In this document: in pieces, positions 27,762-36,323 of the stretch | How positions within the stretch are numbered: the first letter of the stretch is position 1 | Layout of the letters: each line of letters opens with the position of its first letter | Virus record (IMG/VR): IMGVR_UViG_3300036828_000027 | Coordinates: 1 to 52,317 of that record | Source of the DNA: a virus | Lineage: Duplodnaviria; Caudoviricetes | DNA: 52,317 bases | Reading direction: 5' to 3' (one strand) | The notes under the pieces: model-generated | What the model saw: only the letters and a program-made list of their open reading frames with translations | Database searches by the model: none | What the model was told of the DNA's origin: nothing | Made by a program: the position numbers and the translations under genes

Positions 27762-28748
27762 ATGCCAGAGCATCTCCACTACGATGAAGCTGATATGCCT
27801 CCTATCTTGGCATTCATCGAACGAAACTTCAGGGAGGATCAAGTAGAAGTTACTGTTGCTGGTATCTGGCTAGCACGACAGCTTGACTATATTAAATCGC
27901 GAACGTATGATCGTTTGCGTCCAGGAATGAATGCTGACAGACTAGTTCCTGACGATACTAGCACGCCAGAATGGGTCGAGACTATTACCATTCGTGCATT
28001 TGATATGGTTGGAATGGCCAAGGTTATATCCAACTATGCAGATGATCTCCCGCGCGCGGACGTGGCAGGCATTGCCAAGACTGTTCAAGTAAAGACACTT
28101 GGCGATAGCTATGGCTATAATGTAAACGAATTGCGCGCCAGTAGAGCCACTGGTATTGGTCTGGATACTCGCAAGGCGGATGCTGCAAGGCGAGCAATGG
28201 ATCTTAAGATTGCTAGTATTAAGTTGAAGGGCGACCCTGACTTTAACTTGTTTGGATTGTTTACTCATCCTAATATTCCTGAGTATGTCTTTCCGCATCC
28301 TGGAGATTGGACTGCGCTGACTGGTGATCAAATCTATGAGAACCTTGTTGGTCTAGTCTCTGCTTATTCTATGCAGAACCTGGGCATCCATATTGCTAAC
28401 TTCTTGGAATTGGCAACTAAAGCATACGTGGCTGCCACATCCAAATTCGTTACCGGGCCAGGAGGTTTGCCCATATCTGCTCTGAGTTTGTTTTCTGCTA
28501 ACTTCCCTGGTGTGACAGTAGAGCATATTTGGGAATGCACTAATGCAGGGCAAGACGTAAATGCTGGTAAAGATGTTGCTTTGCTCTATGAGCGCGACAT
28601 CGGTAATCTTGCACACGAGTTTGTAATGCCATTCTCGCAGTTGCCGCCTGATGCGCGCAATCTAGAAATCGTCACCGATTGCCTCGCGCGTAGTGGTGGT
28701 GTTCAGGTTTACTATCCTTTGGCTTTGCTGAAGGGCTATACAACCTAA
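27762..28748 (+). CDS. major capsid protein (DUF2184-like)
   Basis: ARQLDYI, ADDLPRADV, YGYNVNEL, GLFTHPN, GGVQVYYP. Confidence 0.93.
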   Translation: MPEHLHYDEADMPPILAFIERNFREDQVEVTVAGIWLARQLDYIKSRTYDRLRPGMNADRLVPDDTSTPEWVETITIRAFDMVGMAKVISNYADDLPRADVAGIAKTVQVKTLGDSYGYNVNELRASRATGIGLDTRKADAARRAMDLKIASIKLKGDPDFNLFGLFTHPNIPEYVFPHPGDWTALTGDQIYENLVGLVSAYSMQNLGIHIANFLELATKAYVAATSKFVTGPGGLPISALSLFSANFPGVTVEHIWECTNAGQDVNAGKDVALLYERDIGNLAHEFVMPFSQLPPDARNLEIVTDCLARSGGVQVYYPLALLKGYTT

Positions 28749-28960
28749 TGGCTGTTGTGGTAAACAACAGCGTTAGAGCAATAACTATAATTGATGTTCT
28801 ACTCACGCCTGGAATACAAACTGAAATAAAGGATGAATACCTAGATCATCCTGGCGTTCAGAAACTATTCAAGGAAGTGACTGAACACAATGTGCCTGTG
28901 CTAGTAATTGTTGAGGAGAAACAGCCACAAGAGCATGAGCTTTTGGCCAAAGCTCAATAG
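28748..28960 (+). CDS. small protein downstream of MCP
   Basis: Coupled ORF. Confidence 0.65.
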   Translation: MAVVVNNSVRAITIIDVLLTPGIQTEIKDEYLDHPGVQKLFKEVTEHNVPVLVIVEEKQPQEHELLAKAQ

Positions 28961-28992
28961 TAAATCCGTCATGATGGAAAGGACTAAGTGTA

Positions 28993-29538
28993 ATGCCGAC
29001 ATCTACACCTGCTTTGATTGTTACTGGTATTGGTAGTGGTGGACCTGACAATAGTTTGCCTGGAACTCCGCCTGGTATTTGGGGTGGTGGGTCGCCTCCT
29101 ATGATTGATAATACTTTGCCGCCACCTCCAGGCATTTGGCCGCCTCCAGTAGAGATTTGGCCGCCAGTTGCTTTGCCGCCGGATTATCCAATGCCACCTG
29201 GTAGCATTTGGCCTCCAGTAGTTGGTCATCCTTTGCCACCAGTTCCTGGTCGTCCAGATCAAGGTTTGCCACCCGCTCCTGGTCGTCCAGATCAGGGATT
29301 GCCGCCTGCTCCTGGTCGTCCAGGTCAGGGCTTGCCAAGTCAGAAATACTTGGTTGCCATTGTTGCGGCAAGTGCTGCTGGTGGACTTAAAGTAATTGGC
29401 TATACTGTAGTAGACCCAAGCCTTGATGTTGGGATGCCTTTGCCTCCTGGCGTTACTCATCCTATCGCTCCTGGCGGTGGTGGTTCTCCTACTCAGCCAA
29501 TTGATCCGGGCGGACAGCCTACGCCGACACGTCGCTAA
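28993..29538 (+). CDS. proline-rich repetitive protein
   Basis: IWPP x3, PGRP(D/G)QGLP x3; AAGGA RBS. Confidence 0.75.
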   Translation: MPTSTPALIVTGIGSGGPDNSLPGTPPGIWGGGSPPMIDNTLPPPPGIWPPPVEIWPPVALPPDYPMPPGSIWPPVVGHPLPPVPGRPDQGLPPAPGRPDQGLPPAPGRPGQGLPSQKYLVAIVAASAAGGLKVIGYTVVDPSLDVGMPLPPGVTHPIAPGGGGSPTQPIDPGGQPTPTRR

Positions 29539-29544
29539 TACAAA

Positions 29545-29581
29545 GCTATACGGTGGGTCTAGTATAGATCCACCGTATAGT
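29545..29581. terminator. long hairpin (about 16-bp stem)
   Basis: CTATACGGTGGGTCTA-GTA-TAGATCCACCGTATAG. Confidence 0.55.
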
Positions 29582-29607
29582 TATCCGGCTGTAACCTGGA
29601 GGGAGAT

Positions 29608-30255
29608 ATGAAGAAGCTAGCAGCTATCATCGTCGCAGGAGCATTGTTCTTTCCTGCTGTTGCCTTTGCTATTCCTATCATTCAGTTTGCTCAGACCAGT
29701 AATAACAATACTATTACTGCAACAGCGAATGCTGGTGATACGGCAACTACAATTGCTGGAACCGATGTTGCAATAAATGTAGCACAAGATCTTGGAGGCA
29801 CTCTTGGTGCTGCATTCCTAGATTTGACTGCTACTAGTGTTGACAGTGCTGTAGCGGTTGGCACTGGTGCTGTCCAACACTATAATGGATCGTTCTCAGT
29901 CTTTACTGGTGCCGGTATGACTGGAGTTAATCTCCTGTCAGGAATGTTTACTGATGCCGCTCTTGGCGTTGGTGGTGCGCTTACTCTCGCTATTGGCGCG
30001 CCTCCTGATTTGCTTCACTTGACTTCTGCTCTAATTTCTGCGTCTCAATTGGTCAATCCTGATGCAGCTGCGTTTAGTTTGACCAATGTGCTGCCGCCGA
30101 TCTCTATTGTCGGATCAACTATTGATAGCTTCACAGCTACAGTATCCGGCAATGTATCGTCGTCAGTCGCTGCTGTTCCTGAGCCCGCTCCTATTGCTAT
30201 ACTTGGGATGGGGCTTATTGGTCTTGGAATGCTTCGTATCCGGCGCCAGGAGTAA
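29608..30255 (+). CDS. PEP-CTERM sorting-domain protein with a signal peptide
   Basis: MKKLAAIIVAGALFFPAVAFA signal; VPEP + transmembrane segment + RIRR at the C-terminus. Confidence 0.92.
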   Translation: MKKLAAIIVAGALFFPAVAFAIPIIQFAQTSNNNTITATANAGDTATTIAGTDVAINVAQDLGGTLGAAFLDLTATSVDSAVAVGTGAVQHYNGSFSVFTGAGMTGVNLLSGMFTDAALGVGGALTLAIGAPPDLLHLTSALISASQLVNPDAAAFSLTNVLPPISIVGSTIDSFTATVSGNVSSSVAAVPEPAPIAILGMGLIGLGMLRIRRQE

Positions 30256-30263
30256 CACTACCA

Positions 30264-30776
30264 GTGTCTGATGTAAAGACACTTCCGCAAGAACCTCCAC
30301 ATTGGACAAATGTGGAGGCACTCTTGCAATTATTCTATCCGCAATTCTTTGACGAAACTAATCCAGACTATGTTGATCCAACTATACTGTTACAGCTGGC
30401 GACATTGGCTGAAGAGTCACGACCGTGGTGTCTTCCTCCTGGCCAGCAAGACTTAGCACAAGCAGCATTTACTGCATATTTAGTCTCGTTGCGTAATGAA
30501 ACTAGTTCTGGTGTTACTCAAGTTCCAACGATAGGCCCAATATCATCTGAAAAGGAAGGTGATATTGCAGTAACATATGCTGCGACTACTACAAATACAC
30601 AATCCGGTATGTCACAAAGACCACCATCCGATGCTTGGGATACTTGGAATAGATTGTATATGCGTTGCGCTAAAGGTTCAATCCTAACTCGTTTTGGTGA
30701 TCCTTGCAGATCCTCGCAAGCATTAACTGATTACATTAATCCATTAGCAATGAATGTTTGGTATCCGATATGGTAG
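30264..30776 (+). CDS. head-tail adaptor (DUF4054-like)
   Basis: YPQF, GPISSEKEGDIAVTY; position. Confidence 0.75.
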   Translation: MSDVKTLPQEPPHWTNVEALLQLFYPQFFDETNPDYVDPTILLQLATLAEESRPWCLPPGQQDLAQAAFTAYLVSLRNETSSGVTQVPTIGPISSEKEGDIAVTYAATTTNTQSGMSQRPPSDAWDTWNRLYMRCAKGSILTRFGDPCRSSQALTDYINPLAMNVWYPIW

Positions 30777-31216
30777 CATTTAAAGATAAAGATATGGGAT
30801 GGAAGAAGATAGAATTGAATATGAAACAATTGAAAGGACGCAGAGTCAAAGTTGGTATTATGGGTAACGAAAGTGTTGAAGGCACATCCGTTATTGACTA
30901 TGCTATTTATAATGAGTTTGGCACTCGCAGTATACCTAGTCGGCCTTTCATGGCTACAACTGCTGATAGATATAGAGATCAGACGGTTAAATTTGCTGAG
31001 AACGTGGTTGGAAATATAATTGATCTAAAGTATACTGTAGATATTGGATTGGCTAGACTTGGCGCGTTCTATCAATCTAAAGTTCAGCAAACAATACGAG
31101 ATGCTAAGGAATGGGCTGTCCCTAATGATCCCAAAACTATAGCTGCGAAAGGTTCTAGTTCTCCATTGATTGATACTGGTCGTATGGTTGGCTCAGTAAG
31201 GTATGAAGTAGAATGA
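30770..31216 (+). CDS. neck/tail-completion protein
   Basis: YNEFGT..IPSRPF, KGSSSPLIDTG. Confidence 0.85.
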   Translation: MVAFKDKDMGWKKIELNMKQLKGRRVKVGIMGNESVEGTSVIDYAIYNEFGTRSIPSRPFMATTADRYRDQTVKFAENVVGNIIDLKYTVDIGLARLGAFYQSKVQQTIRDAKEWAVPNDPKTIAAKGSSSPLIDTGRMVGSVRYEVE

Positions 31217-31455
31217 CACATGATCTTGTTGTTACTTATGAACCACCGAATTTGATTACTGCTGATTTGATTCCTAACAGCTCATTTAACTTTAATAACA
31301 AAAATGGTAAGCCTGTATTGATCTTAAATTTCAATACTGATCCTCCTAGTGTATGGATTGATCCTGATCTTAGTTGGGATATTGCATCTAAACATTTCTG
31401 GAATTCAGTCCATAGAATAGTGGGTAAGATGGCACCATTCCCAGAGATAGGTTAG
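31213..31455 (+). CDS. hypothetical protein
   Basis: Coupled ORF. Confidence 0.6.
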   Translation: MTHDLVVTYEPPNLITADLIPNSSFNFNNKNGKPVLILNFNTDPPSVWIDPDLSWDIASKHFWNSVHRIVGKMAPFPEIG

Positions 31456-31869
31456 ATGACAACATCATTCCGCAAACCATTCAAAGTTCTACAACGTAAT
31501 ATTGGCTATTGGGAGAATGGTGTATATTATCCTTCAGATGATGCTGGCATAGAAACGACAGTAATGGCTACTGTACAAATGCCATCTTCTGGCGATATGA
31601 TGAAAATAGAAGTGATGCCTTGGGGTAAACGAGCAGGAAGATATATCAAGATATATACTGATTCTAGATTGCGTTGTGTAAATCAACGCATTGCCGGTCT
31701 GCGCCAGGAGTATCCAGGAGACATATTTTACTATGACAATTCTCAATATCTATTGTTTGGTGAAGCTGACTTTACTATGTTAAAACAGACTAGGAATACA
31801 CAAGTATCTCATTGGAGATACTATGCTTGCGAACTAATAGAGGGTTACACCATGGAGAATGTAGCTTGA
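31456..31869 (+). CDS. head-closure protein
   Basis: GYWENG, ATVQ, IKIYT, HWRY; position. Confidence 0.7.
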   Translation: MTTSFRKPFKVLQRNIGYWENGVYYPSDDAGIETTVMATVQMPSSGDMMKIEVMPWGKRAGRYIKIYTDSRLRCVNQRIAGLRQEYPGDIFYYDNSQYLLFGEADFTMLKQTRNTQVSHWRYYACELIEGYTMENVA

Positions 31870-32504
31870 TACCTGGGCTGTGGGAGCTAACAGACTATAC
31901 AGTTAATACTGTAATGCTTGGCGATCCTATAAGGCCACCGCACGTAACGCATCCAATTCAATATAAAACAATTGATGTTATTTGGTCATTCCAGAATGCA
32001 GCTAGAATAGACAAGCCATATATCATTCTCAACTATACCAATGACGATATACCTGATCATGAATATTATGGAGATGTTGATGTCCCTGGATATCGCAAGC
32101 TATCATCTTGGAGAAAAGCTATTGTAGATATGCAGTTCTATTGTGGCCCTGACTCTATGAAGATAGCTAACCGAGTGGCTATGTTATTTGCTACAGAATT
32201 AGTATTGCAAAAAGAAACAGAATTGAATGTATCTATAGGTAGTCGTTTGTTCTTTTCCCGTATGCCTGCAATGATTAATACTTCGCAGTTTGAAGAAAGA
32301 GCAATATATCAATTTGAATTCTTGTATACAGAAGAGATAGAAGAATGGGTTAGTTGGATTGAAGCTGTTGAAATTCATGGAACATATTCAGGTTCTTTGA
32401 CTGAACTTACTTGTGATGAGATTGCTGATTTGAATATCATAACACAATGGGATGATTATACTACTCCTTGGGATAGAGGCAAAACAGTTTGGGATTATGA
32501 ATAA
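31812..32504 (+). CDS. neck/tail terminator protein (start may be TTG 31866)
   Basis: VIWSFQNAARIDKPYI, FEERAIYQF; position. Confidence 0.7.
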   Translation: MEILCLRTNRGLHHGECSLIPGLWELTDYTVNTVMLGDPIRPPHVTHPIQYKTIDVIWSFQNAARIDKPYIILNYTNDDIPDHEYYGDVDVPGYRKLSSWRKAIVDMQFYCGPDSMKIANRVAMLFATELVLQKETELNVSIGSRLFFSRMPAMINTSQFEERAIYQFEFLYTEEIEEWVSWIEAVEIHGTYSGSLTELTCDEIADLNIITQWDDYTTPWDRGKTVWDYE

Positions 32505-33985
32505 TGACCAGCCTAGTTGACTTCTCCAAACCAGAAGAAGGTATGGCTTATACTGCTGATGTGCGCAGTAACTTTGAAATTATATTTAATGAAATTGGAG
32601 CACTTCAAGACTCATTGGCACTTATAGAACCTCCTGGTGAACAAATAGAATACTTGCCTTTGACTGGCGGCACATTGAGTGAGGCATTGACAATTGCCAG
32701 CGATACTGATCCAACGCTATACATTACTAGTCTGAGTCCCACAGTTTGGCCTGGTGTTATTATAGATGGTCCTGCCGCCTATATTCAGGGCATGGTAAAC
32801 GGTGTGCCGCGCTGGGAGATTGACCTGGGCGATGGATCACCAGAAACCGGTGGCAATACAGGATCGAATTTTGGTATATATCGTTACAATGATACTGGCG
32901 GCAGTATTGATCCTAATTATGTATTTCTCATCTCACGCGAAACAGGTATGGTGTCGCTGACCGGCAATCTGGAAATCAAAGCCGATGTGGCCGGTTATCT
33001 TGGGCTATATTCCACAAACACCAGCGCAGCTGATGGAGCCATCGCTGAATTAGGGGCCACGAATGACGTGCCGCATTACGCCTCATACGGCATCACCGGG
33101 TCTGGCTATGTGGGCTATGTGGATACTGCCTATCTTGAGACGAATGCTGCTGGCGGACTTCAGCTCATCACCGATGCAGCGGTGCCGATTTCCTTTTGGA
33201 TCGGCGGCATCCAGATCGCGGAAGTGAACGCTGCCGGGATAACCACTCAAACGCCGCCGATCACTACCGGCGTATGGAATGGTTATCAGGTTGGGCTGAA
33301 CATGTTGGGCAGCAGCGCTGAATATGGTTCGGCGATGGTCTTCGGTGGACCGGCAGCCGAGCCTTATGCCTTTGCCTTGCTGCGCTTCGCTGACGCGCTG
33401 TATATCTCGACCATGCCGGCGCTGGATGACACCAGCGGCACGTATGGCGAAAGCGACCTTGTGGCGTTCACGCGAACCAAGGTCCAGTTCATAACTGATA
33501 TCGCCGTCAATGGTGCGGCAATCCTTTCCAGCGACGTGACCGTTGGTCGCGGTTTGACCGTCATCGGACCCATAACTACTGCGGCGGATCCAGCTATTAC
33601 TGGTGTCTCTATGGACATCATTGCAACCGGCGATGTCAACACGGGCTGGGCGTATTTGTATACCGCCAATCAAACCGGCACGGCTGACGCGGGCGAGGCC
33701 GGCATCGGCACTGGTAGCACAGATGCCGGTAATGGTGGCACGCTTTATGTATATACCGGCAACTCCACTACTGGCAGCACCGGAAACGTATTCATCTATA
33801 CCGGTGGCACTGATGGCGCTGCCAGCAAGGTCGGTGACGTCAAAATCTGGACCGGCAGTGCAACAAACGGCGCGGCTCAAGGCAACCTGCTTCTACCAGG
33901 TCTCCCGACAGCTGATCCCCACCGTGCTGATGCAGTCTGGGCCGATGCCACAGCCGGATTTGTATTGAAGGTGTCGCAAGGCTGA
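32504..33985 (+). CDS. fibre/whisker-like structural protein inserted between neck and sheath genes
   Basis: YLPLTGGTLS, ETGGNTGSNFGIYRYND, Gly/Thr-rich repeats; the distal part is GC-richer than the genome. Confidence 0.7.
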   Translation: MTSLVDFSKPEEGMAYTADVRSNFEIIFNEIGALQDSLALIEPPGEQIEYLPLTGGTLSEALTIASDTDPTLYITSLSPTVWPGVIIDGPAAYIQGMVNGVPRWEIDLGDGSPETGGNTGSNFGIYRYNDTGGSIDPNYVFLISRETGMVSLTGNLEIKADVAGYLGLYSTNTSAADGAIAELGATNDVPHYASYGITGSGYVGYVDTAYLETNAAGGLQLITDAAVPISFWIGGIQIAEVNAAGITTQTPPITTGVWNGYQVGLNMLGSSAEYGSAMVFGGPAAEPYAFALLRFADALYISTMPALDDTSGTYGESDLVAFTRTKVQFITDIAVNGAAILSSDVTVGRGLTVIGPITTAADPAITGVSMDIIATGDVNTGWAYLYTANQTGTADAGEAGIGTGSTDAGNGGTLYVYTGNSTTGSTGNVFIYTGGTDGAASKVGDVKIWTGSATNGAAQGNLLLPGLPTADPHRADAVWADATAGFVLKVSQG

Positions 33986-34008
33986 ACCAATAACCAAGGA
34001 GTTGTCTA

Positions 34009-35214
34009 ATGGCAAATATTGATCGCATCGTCCAAGTATCTATCTCTTTGCGGACTGCTGGTATTACTCAAGCAACATTTAGTGATCTACTTTTGTTTGG
34101 TGCATTTACTCCACCTGTTGAGGTTCCGCCTAATCCAAATCCTGGTGTTGTGTATATTATTACTGATCCAGATGAATTGCTAGATACTTATGGGTGTGCT
34201 GCCACTGATCCGATCTATGAAGCAGCATTGGTATTCTTTAGTCAGATACCGCATCCTCCTCAATTGTATATTGGTCTTGATGCTGCATCTCCTAATGTTG
34301 ATGATGACCTTCTGGCCATTAATGAAGAGAATAGTGATTGGTGGGCACTATGTGATGTTTCACATAATGAAAATAGAGCAGTCGATATTGGTAAATGGAT
34401 TGAGGGTCACGAGAAACTATTCATTACTTGCTTGAGTGATGCTGACAATACAACTGCCGCTGCTACTGATACTACCTCTGTAGCCTATTTGCTTCAGCAG
34501 CAACAACTATTCAGAACTGCTTGGTGGTTTGATCCTAACCCAGAGAACTTTCCTGATGTTGCTATTGCATCCAAGAGCTTCACAAAATATCCCGGCCAGG
34601 AGACTTGGGCTAATCAACGTTTGAGCAATGTAGCTTACAACTATATCTCTGAAACTATATTCAGTAATCTTTATGCTAAGAATGGTAATACATTTGAACC
34701 ATTCCGCAATATTGCCATTACTCAAAATGGTAAAGTTGCTGGGGGAGAATGGATTGACGTTATTAGGTTCCGTGATTGGTTGTGTGAAGAAATTAAAACA
34801 CGCATTTTCTTGCAACTTGTTGATAATCGTATTCCATATACTGATCCTGGAATTGCTATTATTAGGACTAGACTTCAGCAAGCTCTTGACTTTGGTGTAA
34901 CGCGAGGTGGTATTGCACCTCCAGAAGTTAATGTTGATGGTGATCTGGTTCCTAGCTATACCATTGATGTTCCACTCTCCCAGTCCGTTGCCATTAATGA
35001 CAAGGCTAATCGTATATTGCGGGATGTATACTTTACAGCACGATTGGCAGGAGCCATTCATGTAGTAGAGATACAAGGGGTATTGACTTATGAAGCTTTG
35101 CCTATCGCAACTCCTACTAGTGCAGTAAATGTTGCGATGGTAGCTGAACAGAATAGGCGTGCTTATGGTGCCGCTCGCACTGCTGCCTCTCGCACTAATG
35201 TTCGTCTGAATTAA
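34009..35214 (+). CDS. tail sheath protein (DUF3383-like)
   Basis: MANIDRIVQVSI, PGQETWA, GEWIDVIRFRDWL, IPYTD.GI, LAGAIH. Confidence 0.93.
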   Translation: MANIDRIVQVSISLRTAGITQATFSDLLLFGAFTPPVEVPPNPNPGVVYIITDPDELLDTYGCAATDPIYEAALVFFSQIPHPPQLYIGLDAASPNVDDDLLAINEENSDWWALCDVSHNENRAVDIGKWIEGHEKLFITCLSDADNTTAAATDTTSVAYLLQQQQLFRTAWWFDPNPENFPDVAIASKSFTKYPGQETWANQRLSNVAYNYISETIFSNLYAKNGNTFEPFRNIAITQNGKVAGGEWIDVIRFRDWLCEEIKTRIFLQLVDNRIPYTDPGIAIIRTRLQQALDFGVTRGGIAPPEVNVDGDLVPSYTIDVPLSQSVAINDKANRILRDVYFTARLAGAIHVVEIQGVLTYEALPIATPTSAVNVAMVAEQNRRAYGAARTAASRTNVRLN

Positions 35215-35239
35215 TCTCTGTCTGAAAGGAGTAACATAG

Positions 35240-35680
35240 ATGACAATGCGGTCCTATAACTCTGCCAAAGTTGTAGTAATCTTCAATGGGTTTCAGCTTA
35301 CTGGTTTTGCTGATGGAACCTTTGTTGGTGTAGTAATGCAAAATGATGGCATTACTACACAGGTTGGCGCCGACGGTGAGATTGCTCGCGCTGTCAATAC
35401 TGATCGCCGTTGCACTGTTACTGTCACGCTTCAACAGACCTCCCCTGCTAATGATTTTCTTTCTACTATGTTCTCTACTGATGTTCTTACTTGTGGCGGC
35501 AGAGTTGGACCTATTCTAGTTCAAGACTTGTGTGGAACAACTCTATTTGCTGCATCAGAAGCTTGGATTGTTAAGCCTGCTGATGCCGAATTTGGTAAAG
35601 ACATTATGACTAGGGCATGGGCTATTCATACCGGCGCACCAGGAACATACAATATTGGTGGCAATGTTTTGAACTCATAG
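35240..35680 (+). CDS. tail tube protein (DUF3277-like)
   Basis: TGFADGTF, VGADGE, VTLQQTSPAND. Confidence 0.9.
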   Translation: MTMRSYNSAKVVVIFNGFQLTGFADGTFVGVVMQNDGITTQVGADGEIARAVNTDRRCTVTVTLQQTSPANDFLSTMFSTDVLTCGGRVGPILVQDLCGTTLFAASEAWIVKPADAEFGKDIMTRAWAIHTGAPGTYNIGGNVLNS

Positions 35681-35687
35681 GTGAATT

Positions 35688-36134
35688 ATGGCTGGTCCGA
35701 CTAGACACGAATTTGTATTGGACAATGGCAATAAGTTTTACATACGACGATATGATGCTTTTCTATCGCTGAAGATACTTGGAGATATACAAAAGAGATT
35801 TCTAGCTCCATTTGTTCAGATGATAGAAACAAGAGGTGAACAGAGTAATGGAGAGGACCATTTTGGTCAAGCAGTAGACAAACTATCACGTAATTTGGAA
35901 GGTGATGCTTTAATTGATTTGGTCAGGAAAGTATTACACCCAGACTATGTTACAGTAGTTATTGATGATGAAGAGCCTGAGAAGCTTGATGAAGGTTTAT
36001 TGAACCGATCTATTCATGATGTTTCTGATATAATTGCTTTAGTGGTGGAGGTTTTGAAGTATAACTACACTGAACTTTTTACGCGAGGCAGAACCCTTAT
36101 TGGACAGGCCCGCGAGAATATGGTAGTCCATTAG
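35688..36134 (+). CDS. tail assembly chaperone (G-like)
   Basis: Between tube and tape measure genes. Confidence 0.8.
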   Translation: MAGPTRHEFVLDNGNKFYIRRYDAFLSLKILGDIQKRFLAPFVQMIETRGEQSNGEDHFGQAVDKLSRNLEGDALIDLVRKVLHPDYVTVVIDDEEPEKLDEGLLNRSIHDVSDIIALVVEVLKYNYTELFTRGRTLIGQARENMVVH

Positions 36135-36319
36135 GTATTCTGCGAGATGATTTTGCTGAAGAACTAGTAATATGGAGGCCAATAATGGAGGGATTGGTAA
36201 CATTAGCAGAAGTAAAAGCAGGAGATGCTGATATAATAGACTTGTTAAAACTAAATGCATTGCTTGATATGAAAGCTGCACTAGAACAAAGAGCTAATGC
36301 TAATGCGCCAGGAGCATAA
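36074..36319 (+). CDS. -1 frame extension of the tail chaperone (GT-like)
   Basis: The -1 frame is open from 36074 to TAA 36317-36319: ...EELVIWRPIMEGLVTLAEVKAGDADIIDLLKLNALLD. Confidence 0.65.
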   Translation, partial: TFYARQNPYWTGPREYGSPLGILRDDFAEELVIWRPIMEGLVTLAEVKAGDADIIDLLKLNALLDMKAALEQRANANAPGA

Positions 36320-36323
36320 GTAA

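Noticed and set aside
33083-33880. 265-aa minus-strand ORF (likewise 14379..15092, 28984..29460, 40958..41314)
   Set aside because: Antisense shadows of GC-rich or repetitive plus-strand genes, with no recognisable motifs.
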